Shown: piece by piece, positions 50,909 to 60,785 of the stretch
Layout of the letters: every line of letters starts with the position of its first letter
How positions within the stretch are numbered: position 1 is the first letter of the stretch
NCBI GenBank assembly: GCA_002897775.1
Contig: BDTR01000032.1
Location: 5,556-69,555, forward strand
Direction: 5' to 3'
Source of the DNA: a bacterium BMS3Bbin08
Lineage (GTDB): Bacteria > Nitrospirota > Thermodesulfovibrionia > UBA6902 > BMS3Bbin08
DNA length: 64,000 nt
The notes under the pieces: generated by a model
Databases searched by the model: none
What the model saw: only the letters and a program-made list of their open reading frames with translations
Told to the model about the DNA's origin: nothing
Program-made: the position numbers and the translations under genes

Positions 50909-52135
50909 ATGAAACTGCTCTTAAAGCTTGCATGGAGGAACGTGCTCAGGAACAAAAGAAGAACGGTGCTGGCCGGGCTGGCGGTTGGCATTGCATTGGC
51001 TTCCATGATATTTATAGACGGCCTTTATATCGGCATGCTGGAGAGCATGATAAGAACAGCAACAGACACATTCCTCGGGCAGGGGCAGATACACGCGGAA
51101 GGTTTCCGCGATACGCTTGAGGTGGAGAAGACCATTCACAATCCAGAAGAACTTATGAAGTCTCTTGATTCAGAAGAGATTCTGGCCGGCTTTTCAGAGC
51201 GCACTGTTTCGATCGCCATGCTGAGTTCCGCGGCCGGAGTGAACTCTGTTGTGCTTTATGGAATAAATCCTGAAAGGGAAAGGCGCATATCCATGATAGA
51301 CGAGGCAATAAAAAAAGGAGACTACATTGCTTCTGATAATGCCGGGCAGATACTCATAGGCTCGAAAATAGCTGAAATACTTGAGGTCGGAACAGGGGAC
51401 AGACTGGTGCTTACGACCGCGCAGGCCGGTACAGGCGAACTTTCTCAGGATCTGTTCAGGGTAACAGGTATTTTTCATATGGACATAAGGAAGATGGACA
51501 GCGGAATGGCATTTATAAATATCGATCGTTCACGTGACCTGCTTGCCCTTGGACAGGGTATCCATGAGATAGCGCTAAAGTTTAAGAATATTGACGACTC
51601 GGGTGACCGTTCGCTCGCCTTCTGGAGAAAATACTCCACAGACGGCAATGAAGCGATCGGATGGAGGGACCTGATCCCTCAGCTGGACGGTATTATTGAT
51701 ATGACAAAAATATCAACTGTTATAACGTCTTTTCTGGTGTTTTGTATTGTAGCCGTGATAATAATGCACGCTCTTTTTATGTCCCTGTATGAAAGGATGT
51801 TCGAGTTCGGCATTCTCAGGGCATTGGGGACAAGGCCGGTGAACATGGCTCTCATCATTTTTTTTGAATCAGCGGCGCTTTCATTAATAAGCATTGTTAT
51901 GGGCCTGGGCCTGGCCTTTGTTTTTATGCAGGTTTTTTCAGTGTACGGCATCAATTATAAAGGTATTGAGTTCGCGGGTGTTACAATAACCGAGTTGATG
52001 TACCCGGTGATGACCGTGAAGCAGTTCACGCTCTATCCTTTTTTAATATTTATATTTTCCCTGGTCGCGGCGATCTATCCGGCTGTTTTCGCGGCTAAGA
52101 TGACCCCGGCAAGGGCGATGCGGAGAAGCATGTAA
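50909..52135 (+). CDS. ABC transporter permease (LolE/MacB/FtsX-like)
   Basis: LAWRNVLRNKRRT, ERMFEFGILRALG. Confidence 0.9.
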   Translation: MKLLLKLAWRNVLRNKRRTVLAGLAVGIALASMIFIDGLYIGMLESMIRTATDTFLGQGQIHAEGFRDTLEVEKTIHNPEELMKSLDSEEILAGFSERTVSIAMLSSAAGVNSVVLYGINPERERRISMIDEAIKKGDYIASDNAGQILIGSKIAEILEVGTGDRLVLTTAQAGTGELSQDLFRVTGIFHMDIRKMDSGMAFINIDRSRDLLALGQGIHEIALKFKNIDDSGDRSLAFWRKYSTDGNEAIGWRDLIPQLDGIIDMTKISTVITSFLVFCIVAVIIMHALFMSLYERMFEFGILRALGTRPVNMALIIFFESAALSLISIVMGLGLAFVFMQVFSVYGINYKGIEFAGVTITELMYPVMTVKQFTLYPFLIFIFSLVAAIYPAVFAAKMTPARAMRRSM

Positions 52136-52245
52136 TTAAAAGAAGTAGAGAGTAACGAGTAGCGGGAAAAAAATAAAATCTAATAATAAAGATGTACAGT
52201 AAAACAATCTTGCTACTCTCTACTTATTTGACTAAAGGAGGAATA

Positions 52246-52938
52246 ATGTCTGAAGCGGTAATAGAAATACAGGGCGTGTCAAAGATCTACCGGGCAGATG
52301 AAGTAGAAGTGCACGCGGTCAGGTCGTTAAATCTGACAATTAATGCGGGTGAGTTCACTGCGATTGCCGGACCGTCAGGTTCGGGTAAAACAACATTGCT
52401 TAATGTAATGAGCGGTCTTGACACACCGACCGCCGGCCGTGTGCTCCTGGCCGGTAAATACATAAGTGAAATGAAAGGCAGTGAGCTTTCTGATTTCAGG
52501 CGAGACCATATAGGTTTTATATTTCAGTCATATAACCTCATACCGGTTCTTACGGTAAAGGAGAACATCGAATACATAATGCTGCTTCAGGGTATTGGTG
52601 AAGATGAAAGACGCGACCGTGTTGCATCCATATTAAAGCGGGTCGGGCTTGAGGGAATGGAGGGCAGACTGCCCAAACAGCTCTCAGGCGGACAGCAGCA
52701 GAGGGTCGCTGTTGCAAGGGCAATGGTATCAAGGCCTGACATAATACTTGCTGACGAGCCTACAGCCAACCTTGACTCGCATACCGGCGCGTCACTTCTG
52801 GATATGATGCGCGAGCTTAATGAAAAAAGCGGCATGACCTTTGTGTTTTCCACTCATGACAACATGATCATGCAGAGGGCAAGGAGACTGGTGCTTTTAA
52901 AAGACGGCGAAATAGACAGGGACGAAGTGAGAGGATGA
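52246..52938 (+). CDS. ABC transporter ATP-binding protein (LolD-like)
   Basis: GPSGSGKTT, LSGGQQQRVA, DEPTANLD; ATG after AGGAGG. Confidence 0.93.
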   Translation: MSEAVIEIQGVSKIYRADEVEVHAVRSLNLTINAGEFTAIAGPSGSGKTTLLNVMSGLDTPTAGRVLLAGKYISEMKGSELSDFRRDHIGFIFQSYNLIPVLTVKENIEYIMLLQGIGEDERRDRVASILKRVGLEGMEGRLPKQLSGGQQQRVAVARAMVSRPDIILADEPTANLDSHTGASLLDMMRELNEKSGMTFVFSTHDNMIMQRARRLVLLKDGEIDRDEVRG

Positions 52939-52944
52939 AGTTAA

Positions 52945-53032
52945 AAGAAGTAGAGAGTAGAGAGAAAAAATGTAAAATGTAAAATGTAAAATCTAAAATG
53001 TAAAATTTGAAATGTAAAATCTCGCTACTTAC
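52945..53032. repeat. Nested 7-nt arrays: AAAATGT x8 inside GAGTAGA/CTACT arms (related arms at 52139-52226)
   Basis: aagaagtagagagtagagag [aaaatgt]n ctcgctactt. Confidence 0.85.
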
Positions 53033-53046
53033 GTAAGGAATGAAGG

Positions 53047-54276
53047 ATGAAGGACTATAGACGACTGACGAGCATGTTGAGAACTTTTCTCCTGTTTTTT
53101 TTAATTCTTACTTCCACTCTTCTGTTATTCCGGGCTTCAGCTTTTGCTGATGAGACCGGTGTCAAAGCGACCGGTTATGCCCGGAATTTTTTTATACTGA
53201 CAAACCTGGGCGATGATATGGCATTTGACGCCCTGTCCCGGTTAAGGCTCAGGCTTAATGTCAAACCGTCTGAATCTTCTTATTTTGAGGTCGCGTACGA
53301 ATTAGTTCCAGGGTTCAGGGATGGGGACATCAGCTCTGCGTATGTCCCGGGCCCGGCGCTTTTTTCTTACCGGGCCGTTGACCTGGATGAGAACATATAT
53401 CCCCCTGACAAAAACTCAGGCAGTGACTTTGTGCTTGCCCAGAATCTTGACAGGCTGTTACTGACTCTGAGCACCTCTGCCCTTGATATATCCATAGGCC
53501 GTCAGTCCATTGCGTTCGGCTCTGCTCGTGTTATTAACCCCACGGACATAATCGCTCCTTTTGTCTATAACACTATTGCGAAAGAAGAACTTGTCGGTGC
53601 TGATGCCTTAAGAGTAAAAACACCGCTATCCGAGATGGGAGAGCTGGACATGGGAATAGTGTTTGGAGATGATTTTGAGCCTGACAAGAGTGCTGGTTTT
53701 ATTCGCTTAAAAACATACCAGGTTCAAACTGACATCGCTTTCATGGTAATGGTGTTCAGGAAAAACATTCTTGTTGGTATTGACCTGGCACGCTCAATAG
53801 GAGGTGCGGGCGCGTGGTTTGAAGCAGCGCAGGTATTTGCACAGGGGGCATCAGGGGAAAACTACCTGAGGCTGTCAGTTGGCGCTGACTACAGTTTTAC
53901 AGACGGACTTTATACTTATATTGAGTATCATTACAGCGGCGCCGGCACCGGCAGTCCTGAGAACTATTTTAACGCTATTGCTGAAACCGCCTTTACTGAC
54001 GGCGCGGTGTACCTTCTCGGCAGGCATTATATAGCGCCCGGGCTTACTTATGAGATCACCCCGCTTCTTGTTTTTAGTGCTCAAGCCCTTGTGAATGTAG
54101 AGGACTGGTCCGCGCTTGGCTCAACAGGGTTTGAGTATAACGCGGCAGAGGATGTTTACGTGAATCTGGGAGCGTATGTCGGGCTGGGGCAGGAGTCTGA
54201 TGATCCCACCCGTCCTGAGAACGAGTTCGGACTTTATCCGGATGTGTATTACACTGCATTGAACTTCTATTTTTAA
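53047..54276 (+). CDS. Putative outer-membrane beta-barrel protein
   Basis: Signal peptide, DRL..GRQ...G motif, C-terminal YF. Confidence 0.75.
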   Translation: MKDYRRLTSMLRTFLLFFLILTSTLLLFRASAFADETGVKATGYARNFFILTNLGDDMAFDALSRLRLRLNVKPSESSYFEVAYELVPGFRDGDISSAYVPGPALFSYRAVDLDENIYPPDKNSGSDFVLAQNLDRLLLTLSTSALDISIGRQSIAFGSARVINPTDIIAPFVYNTIAKEELVGADALRVKTPLSEMGELDMGIVFGDDFEPDKSAGFIRLKTYQVQTDIAFMVMVFRKNILVGIDLARSIGGAGAWFEAAQVFAQGASGENYLRLSVGADYSFTDGLYTYIEYHYSGAGTGSPENYFNAIAETAFTDGAVYLLGRHYIAPGLTYEITPLLVFSAQALVNVEDWSALGSTGFEYNAAEDVYVNLGAYVGLGQESDDPTRPENEFGLYPDVYYTALNFYF

Positions 54277-54334
54277 CCTTCCGTCTGTTACTTATCACCG
54301 CCTTTTATATCTAAAGTAAATCATTGAACATTAA

Positions 54335-54619
54335 CTATAACACTTTAATTTTAATCAAAAGAATTCCTCGAAGCTTGCTGCGGGGTAGTTCATTGGATTG
54401 TACTTCATAAGATTTTTCTCCGACAGCAACTTCAAAGTAGAGGTCCTGAGTCTCTGGATCAATGAGAATAAGACTGCCTGACTCTGTGTCCAGGAGTCTG
54501 GTCGCTGCCTCGATGACTTTTGTTTTTATCGTGTATGGATCAAGAGTCGAATTTATAAGCGCCGTCATTTCCACAAGCGTGTTCAGCTGCTGGAGTTTTT
54601 TATTCTGGGGGTCGAGCAT
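54335..54619 (-). pseudogene. Truncated GAF-domain signalling gene
   Basis: LINSTLD...GSLILID...LYFEVA GAF start, then runs into the palindromic repeat (NELPRSKLRGI). Confidence 0.7.
54354..54393. repeat. Palindromic IS-end/REP-like element AATGAACTACCCCGCAGCAAGCTTCGAGG (minus strand)
   Basis: Imperfect hairpin CCCCGCAGC-AA-GCTTCGAGG at the truncation point. Confidence 0.6.
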
Positions 54620-54782
54620 TTAATATATCCGATGCGTCGTTTCCTTAAGGATTCAGCCGCCTCAGAGTGAGGAGCTACTCTACTATTATATATATATAGC
54701 GAAAACATGCAAATAGAGGCTTGGCCCGCTCTATTCCCTGCTAACGGCTCAATTCCCTGGAGGGGGCTATATCATCCTTTTT

Positions 54783-55043
54783 GTGAGGGTGTCTGATCTG
54801 TCATCAATACCCTGGCCTTGTAAGGCTGGAGAAAAGGATAAAGAACTGGAATATTTCCATAAGGACATAGCAAAGAAAGAGATCAGCATCGCGTGCAGTG
54901 AATGTCATTCTTTAGACGGTATAATGGATTACGAAAAGCTGGGTTTTGACGAGAAAAAGGCCAGGCAGCTTAAGACCATAAATATCAAAGGACTGATAAC
55001 CAAGTATGATATTTTCTATCTTCCCCAAATGCTGTACCACTGA
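54783..55043 (+). pseudogene. C-terminal fragment of a c-type cytochrome
   Basis: H....CSECH heme motif; no signal peptide or credible start. Confidence 0.6.
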
Positions 55044-55125
55044 TCTGCGCGTAATTCAGATTTTTTTAAAAGGGTTGCCCTTAGTTTTGAAATATGGATA
55101 AAATATGATAGGATTAAAACAGGTT

Positions 55126-55268
55126 ATCCGCCTACGCACAGATCAAAGTATAGAGGCTTCGGCGGATTTCGCTATTGGCGGATAACCATCCGAAGCCTTG
55201 GCGCAGGAGGGTATTCAGGAAGGTACCACGGGCCTGCCTGCCGGTAGGCGGGCTTGCCCGTAGGGTTC
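55126..55268. repeat. Cluster of GC-rich REP-like palindromes, including one nested in another
   Basis: atccgcctacg...ttcggcggat; ccacggg[cctgcctgccggtaggcggg]cttgcccgtag. Confidence 0.7.
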
Positions 55269-55290
55269 CATGATTTAATAAAAGGGGGGC

Positions 55291-56181
55291 ATGATGAAGA
55301 TATTACTTACGACAGACGGTTCGGAGAACTCGGACGGAGCAGCGAAGTTTTTGAACAAACTCCAGTTTACTGCTGATGATGAGATTTCCATTTTCTATGT
55401 TATAGGCTGGGTTCCGATTTTAAGCGAATGGGAAGCTCTGTTCCCTGACTTCCAGGTGATGCGTAAGGATGTCGCTCCCAAAGTCCTTGAATCTTGTGAA
55501 AATATTTTAAAGACAGCTAAAGCAAAAGTAAGCAGTTCTTTTATGGAAGGCTATCCTGACAAATCCATAATTGATACTGCTGAAGACACGGGTGTTGACC
55601 TTGTTGTCATGGGGGCAAGGGGGAAAAGAGGTGTCGGCTCTTATATTGTAGGGAGTGTGACCAGGCTGGTTACGATCAATTCGCGCAAGCCTGTTCTTGT
55701 GATAAGGCCTTTGCAGTGGGGAATCTCCGGCAGCATAAAGATACTTTTTGCTACAGACGGGTCTGAACATTCTGATGCAATGGCAAAGTTGATTGCTTCA
55801 ATGCCTTTTCCTGATGATACGGAAATAACGGTCCTTAATGTTATACCTTCTCCGTTTGAGGACATACCGGAAAGATTTGCCATGGAGATCAATGACAGGA
55901 TCAAGAGAGCTGTGGCTGACGCAAGGACCAGGGAATTTAAAGAGTCAGGAGAGATAATTGAAAAAACCTGTCAACTTCTCAGTAATAAATACTCCAGGAT
56001 AGAAGATATGGCAAAGATCGGCGACCCCTCTGCAGAGATACTGAAAACAGCAGAGGCACTGAAAACCAATATCATCGCTGTCGGCAGCAGCGGAAGGAGA
56101 GGCATAAGGGGTGTTCTGGGCAGCGTATCAAGGCACATCCTGAACAGCTCCGCCTGTTCTGTTCTTATCGGTAAAAGCTGA
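55291..56181 (+). CDS. Tandem universal stress protein
   Basis: KILLTTDGS / KILFATDGS, MGARG..GSV, GSSG..GSVS. Confidence 0.93.
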   Translation: MMKILLTTDGSENSDGAAKFLNKLQFTADDEISIFYVIGWVPILSEWEALFPDFQVMRKDVAPKVLESCENILKTAKAKVSSSFMEGYPDKSIIDTAEDTGVDLVVMGARGKRGVGSYIVGSVTRLVTINSRKPVLVIRPLQWGISGSIKILFATDGSEHSDAMAKLIASMPFPDDTEITVLNVIPSPFEDIPERFAMEINDRIKRAVADARTREFKESGEIIEKTCQLLSNKYSRIEDMAKIGDPSAEILKTAEALKTNIIAVGSSGRRGIRGVLGSVSRHILNSSACSVLIGKS

Positions 56182-56249
56182 GTTGCGCTTTTTCCCCGAT
56201 CTTGACCTCTGCAGTATAAAATTGACCTGCATCCGTAGTTGTTTGACAG

Positions 56250-56666
56250 TTAGAACTTTATGACTTCGATGCCGTCTTCTCTTGTATTGTTTTCCAGTGT
56301 CCAGAAACGGGCGTGTCCGTGTGAGAGCCTTAGGAGCTTGAATTTCGGGTCATCAGCCGTAAACCCTTTAAGATAGTCTCTTTCGTTGATGAGTTGCTGT
56401 TTTTTTGCGGGGTCATCTATGACCTCGATCTTACCTGCAATGCGCATCATTTTACTGAAGTCCTGAGTGCAATAGCAGAGTTCAACCTTCGGATTTTTCA
56501 TCAATTGCCGGAAGACATTCTTGGTCGACGCGGTTGTGAAGTAGATGCTGTTATCGTCAAACAGAACTGTCAGGAACGCCCTTACACGCGGCTGGTCATC
56601 ATCCATTGTAGCAATACCGCATACCGGGTTCTCTCTCGCAAAGCTTATAACATCGTTGATAGACAT
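56250..56666 (-). CDS. Pyridoxamine 5'-phosphate oxidase-like FMN-binding protein
   Basis: ATMDDDQPRVR, YFTT..K...QL..NPKVE; ATG after GGAGG. Confidence 0.85.
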   Translation of the reverse strand: MSINDVISFARENPVCGIATMDDDQPRVRAFLTVLFDDNSIYFTTASTKNVFRQLMKNPKVELCYCTQDFSKMMRIAGKIEVIDDPAKKQQLINERDYLKGFTADDPKFKLLRLSHGHARFWTLENNTREDGIEVIKF

Positions 56667-56775
56667 TGTTACCTCCCTTTTACCGCAGTCTTGAATTCCG
56701 GATCTTTCTGTCAGCTGCAGTATGAAGACAGAATAAATTTTTCTTTTCAAATACCTTTTTGATAAAAGTCCCTCC

Positions 56776-56931
56776 TTATTCGGTATATATTTTCTGGACT
56801 ATATCCCTGAACCAGGGCGGCTTTGCGAGTATCACATATATAAGGACCACCTCAAGGATCGGGACAGGGATCACCACATCCACTATACCCAGCAGGAGCA
56901 GGCCTATAATGTATTTTGTCTTAATGCTCAC
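56776..56931 (-). CDS. Small membrane protein (51 aa), not in the ORF track
   Basis: MSIKTKYIIGLLLLGIVDVVIPVPILEVVLIYVILAKPPWFRDIVQKIYTE. Confidence 0.6.
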   Translation of the reverse strand: MSIKTKYIIGLLLLGIVDVVIPVPILEVVLIYVILAKPPWFRDIVQKIYTE

Positions 56932-57112
56932 GAATGAAATTTCTCTTTCTTCCGTTTTTACCGGTTTCTCCCATTATATCAAACGCTGCTGCCGGATTTA
57001 ACTGAAATTTGTTTTCCTGATTAAACCTTTTTCTGTTTCATGAATCTAATAAACTAAAAGCTGATAAAGGCCTTGTCAGAACTGAAACCAGCCATATAAG
57101 GAGGAGTTGACA

Positions 57113-57439
57113 ATGAAAAAGAACATGGCATTAATAGCAGTACTGGCAATGATCCTGTTTACGACCCCCGCAATAGCAGGCAACACCTATGACCCGGGCG
57201 TTAACAAAAGACAGCGGGTCCAGCGCCACAGGATAGTTGACGGCGTTAAAAGCGGGGAACTGAACCGCAGGGAGGCATTCAGGCTCTCAAAAGAACAGGC
57301 GCATATAGCCGGGAAAGAGAGAGCTTTTAAATCCGACGGCACTCTTACAAAAAGAGAAAGAATTAACCTCCAACGCAGCCTTGACCGCTCAGGCAGGCAT
57401 ATTTTCAGGGAAAAGCACGACCGTCAGCACAGGCGCTAG
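57113..57439 (+). CDS. Secreted basic helical protein
   Basis: Signal peptide; repeated SGELN/DGTLT..ER motifs; AGGAGG RBS. Confidence 0.8.
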   Translation: MKKNMALIAVLAMILFTTPAIAGNTYDPGVNKRQRVQRHRIVDGVKSGELNRREAFRLSKEQAHIAGKERAFKSDGTLTKRERINLQRSLDRSGRHIFREKHDRQHRR

Positions 57440-57620
57440 TTGGGTTGAACGCTCAGATACGCGAGACTGCAGCAGGGGGAGAGATATGGACCATCGGCAG
57501 GTTCTTTTTCTCCCCCTGCTCCATGACTTCTCTTGACTTTGGCGGATGAATGTCCTATGTTTATGAGAAAGAAAAGATTTTTTCACGGACTATAAATCTT
57601 TATCATAAAAGGAGAGAGAA

Positions 57621-58277
57621 ATGAACAGGTTCATCTCATTATGTCTTATGGGCCTGCTGGCATTAACAACGGCGTGCGCTACCCCACAGACCAAGACACA
57701 AAAAGGCGCTGCATACGGAGCAGGGGGGGGCGCTGTGGCAGGGGCGATCGCCGGAGCGTTGATCGCGAAAGACACTGAAGGCGCACTTATTGGCGCTGCG
57801 ATAGGCGCGGCAGTGGGCGGTCTTGCGGGTGCCGGGGTCGGCAAAATGATGGACAATCAGGAAAGAGATCTTCGTCAGGCGCTTGCTGATTCAGAGGCGG
57901 CGGCTGTCCGCAGGGAGGGAAATCTCCTTACGGTCAGCCTAAAGGGAAATGTTACATTTGATTTTGACTCGGCCGTCGTAAAACCAGGGCTTTATTCAGA
58001 GATATACAAGATCGCGGATGCGCTTAACAGGTACCCCCGGACCTTAAGCAGTGTGGAAGGCCATACCGACAGTATAGGATCGGAATCCTATAATGTGGAC
58101 CTGTCAACGAGGCGGGCGACCGCAGTGAAAGATCTGCTTTTACAAAGAGGCGTTGCTCCCCACAGAGTTGAAGCAGTAGGCTATGGAGAGTCTATGCCTG
58201 TGGCTACGAATGAGACCGAGGCAGGCCGCCTTCAGAACAGGAGAGTGGAGATAAAGATCGCGCCTTCGAATTATTAA
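57621..58277 (+). CDS. OmpA-family lipoprotein with glycine zipper
   Basis: Lipobox TTAC, GA..GA repeats, EGHTDS.G, NRRVEI. Confidence 0.93.
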   Translation: MNRFISLCLMGLLALTTACATPQTKTQKGAAYGAGGGAVAGAIAGALIAKDTEGALIGAAIGAAVGGLAGAGVGKMMDNQERDLRQALADSEAAAVRREGNLLTVSLKGNVTFDFDSAVVKPGLYSEIYKIADALNRYPRTLSSVEGHTDSIGSESYNVDLSTRRATAVKDLLLQRGVAPHRVEAVGYGESMPVATNETEAGRLQNRRVEIKIAPSNY

Positions 58278-58462
58278 GGCATTCCTGACATTAGTGTTTC
58301 CCCTGGAAACACAACGCAGGGATTTATCTATTATTAATATTCGTTCACTAACCCCATAACAAGTCTGCGACTTGTAGACTACGGGGTGCACGTTCACTGA
58401 ACGTTCAGGATTCCCTGTGGTCTTGCCACAGGGAAGATCAATAGCCCGGGCCTGTCCGGTTT

Positions 58463-58720
58463 TTATTCCCTGTTTTCTTCAAATTTTTTGAGAAGGACTT
58501 TTTTCTTTATCCGGCCATGCAGTGCTGAGCCGTCTTTGAACTCAAACACGGGTATGTCAAATCTGTAGAGCTCATAAAGCTCGTCATCAGAGTCGATCGC
58601 GACCTTGTTCACTTTGACATCGTACTTTTCAGTAACACCGTTCAGCATTTCCTCGGCAGTATCGCACAACCAGCAGCCGGCTTTATAATAAAAGGTCAAT
58701 CTGACCACGTTCTTTTCCAC
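58463..58720 (-). CDS. Glutaredoxin-like protein (DUF836-like)
   Basis: GCWLCD, Y.FDIPV. Confidence 0.85.
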   Translation of the reverse strand: MEKNVVRLTFYYKAGCWLCDTAEEMLNGVTEKYDVKVNKVAIDSDDELYELYRFDIPVFEFKDGSALHGRIKKKVLLKKFEENRE

Positions 58721-58813
58721 CTATATTCGCATATGAGGATAACATTAAGTCGCAATGAGAGGCAGGAAACACATTCTCATCAGCCGGTAATGTCCTGGAT
58801 CAGGCCGTTACCG

Positions 58814-59386
58814 CTATTCTTTAAAACCCAGGAAAGCGAGGAACTCGTTTTTTCCGCCTTTTTCAGCCCGTTTGTTCCACTTCGTGAGTTTTCTCTCGAA
58901 AGAGTCGGTCTCAATAACATCCTGTACCGCATAGTTCAGGATCTTTTTAAGCGGTTTTTGCTTGCCATAGGTATACTTACAGCTGACAGACTTGTCCAGG
59001 ATGATGTCCCTTATGTTTATTTCGTCCAGCTTGTTCTCTTCAGTGATCGTCAGTTCAAGAGGGTATGTACGGCATAATATCGGTCTGGCCTCGTAAACAG
59101 TGCATTGCCGGTCCTTTGAAAGGAATATGCAGCGTTCGTCAAGTTTCCTTAATCCCATGATACGTTTTCCATATGACAGATATATCAGGTCTTCTTCTAT
59201 CTCGTCCTGGTCGATGAAGTCTGAGCACGTATACAGTTTTACGAGGTTGCGGGCCGGTTTGCCGGTGTGTTTGACCAGCCTGCGCAGATCGTGGTGAGTG
59301 ACCGTGGCGATCGGATCTGAGCAGCACGTGCCGCATTGCGCGCAATGAACCTTTAATAACTTTTTTAACCGTTCGTTCTTTTTCAT
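58814..59386 (-). CDS. YkgJ/CxxCxxCC cysteine cluster protein
   Basis: CAQCGTCC, CIFL, CTVYEARP..CRTYP. Confidence 0.9.
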   Translation of the reverse strand: MKKNERLKKLLKVHCAQCGTCCSDPIATVTHHDLRRLVKHTGKPARNLVKLYTCSDFIDQDEIEEDLIYLSYGKRIMGLRKLDERCIFLSKDRQCTVYEARPILCRTYPLELTITEENKLDEINIRDIILDKSVSCKYTYGKQKPLKKILNYAVQDVIETDSFERKLTKWNKRAEKGGKNEFLAFLGFKE

Positions 59387-59504
59387 AGTCTTCTCCTGTT
59401 CATAATATAGTGAACTACACTTAATCCGTTACTGAGGGCCAGAGATAAATGGAGGTTGTACCCCGCGGATCTCTCACTGCATAATTGTAACTTTTTGCGG
59501 TATC

Positions 59505-60347
59505 TTAACGCCATTCATTCGGAACAGCGTTCTTGCTGGCATAAACCCAAAGTCTGTCATAAAGGTCCTGGGCTTCTTTATACTGCGTGTCAGCAAAATC
59601 CTTTAGCTGTCTGAGTTTTTTTGAATCATCTTTCTGTGTGTCAAGATACTTCCTGTATTCCTTCCATGATGATCTCATCGATTTAAACTTTTGAAATGTC
59701 ATCCTCCACCATGTCTCATCATGTCCGCCAGGCATCCTGGGGTCCGGCGGAAGCTCCTCAAGCACAACCACGTGTTTCCCTGTATCGATCCTTATGGAGT
59801 AATTTGCCATAAAGTCCATTCCGATCAGTCCCTCGAAATCGTCAGAGATCGCCGGTGATACAACTGTCGGAACAAAATTATCTCTGGCTTCGCCTACCTG
59901 CACGCTATCTATAATAGTGTAGACAGCGGGGATCAGACCGCCTATGCCGCCGACTGTGACCCACAGTTTATCCCCGCCCCTTTTAAAAATACCGAGTTTT
60001 TCCGCCAGGCTCCGGGAGATATGCATACCGGGGGCTCCTGTATCAAGGAGCATCGGCACTGTATAGCGGCGGTTGAACGTCACAGGGATAATGATCCTCC
60101 TGGCTGTTCCTTCATACGCCTTGTATGGGATCACGTAACGTTTGAGTTCCTGTTCGTCCTGTCTGTCGTAGGCTGAGCTTCTGTCTAAACCATCGTTACC
60201 GGCGTGTGACGAACCAGAGGGGTATGTATATTTTTCAAGGTCCCCGTCTCCGAAACTTCGGACCTTGTTTTGACCGCCGTCATTTCCCGCAAAAGCAGGG
60301 GGCAGGGCAAGTGTAAATATCAGTACGGTTAATATAAGTTTATTCAT
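59505..60347 (-). CDS. Secreted retropepsin-like aspartyl protease
   Basis: Signal peptide, LLDTGA, GLIGMDF. Confidence 0.85.
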   Translation of the reverse strand: MNKLILTVLIFTLALPPAFAGNDGGQNKVRSFGDGDLEKYTYPSGSSHAGNDGLDRSSAYDRQDEQELKRYVIPYKAYEGTARRIIIPVTFNRRYTVPMLLDTGAPGMHISRSLAEKLGIFKRGGDKLWVTVGGIGGLIPAVYTIIDSVQVGEARDNFVPTVVSPAISDDFEGLIGMDFMANYSIRIDTGKHVVVLEELPPDPRMPGGHDETWWRMTFQKFKSMRSSWKEYRKYLDTQKDDSKKLRQLKDFADTQYKEAQDLYDRLWVYASKNAVPNEWR

Positions 60348-60449
60348 GTGGTTCTAATTATAACAGGCTTACGTTGCAGTTCTTCAGGTGTTTTTCTTTG
60401 CAGTGTAATAAGCCCTGTGGAATACCCGGTATGGGCCCAAATATTTTTT

Positions 60450-60629
60450 CTATGCCATTTCGACTGAGATCAGGATATATTCATCCTTCTTTTTAAAATA
60501 CATGACAGCTCTTCCGTCTTCATTTTCGTAGACAATAACGTCGTTACCGAATTCTTTTACCATCTTTAACTTCATCTTCTGTGTCCTTACCAGCTTTCCG
60601 CCTTCTATGATCTGTACTTCAGCGTACAT
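60450..60629 (-). CDS. Small hypothetical protein (59 aa), not in the ORF track
   Basis: AAGGAGG RBS; MYAEVQIIEGGKLVRTQKMKLKMVKEFGNDVIVYENEDGRAVMYFKKKDEYILISVEMA. Confidence 0.6.
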   Translation of the reverse strand: MYAEVQIIEGGKLVRTQKMKLKMVKEFGNDVIVYENEDGRAVMYFKKKDEYILISVEMA

Positions 60630-60785
60630 ATAGCCTCCTTTTTAAAACAGTTGAGAAGCAATTTGCCGACATGTTTCTTATTCAATTATATCAGACGTGA
60701 ATTCCTGTTGACCAGCAGGGTTATATTCCGGAGGGCAGGGCGTGTCTGAAGTTTGTGCCTAACGCGCAAGTTTGAAAAATAAGGG

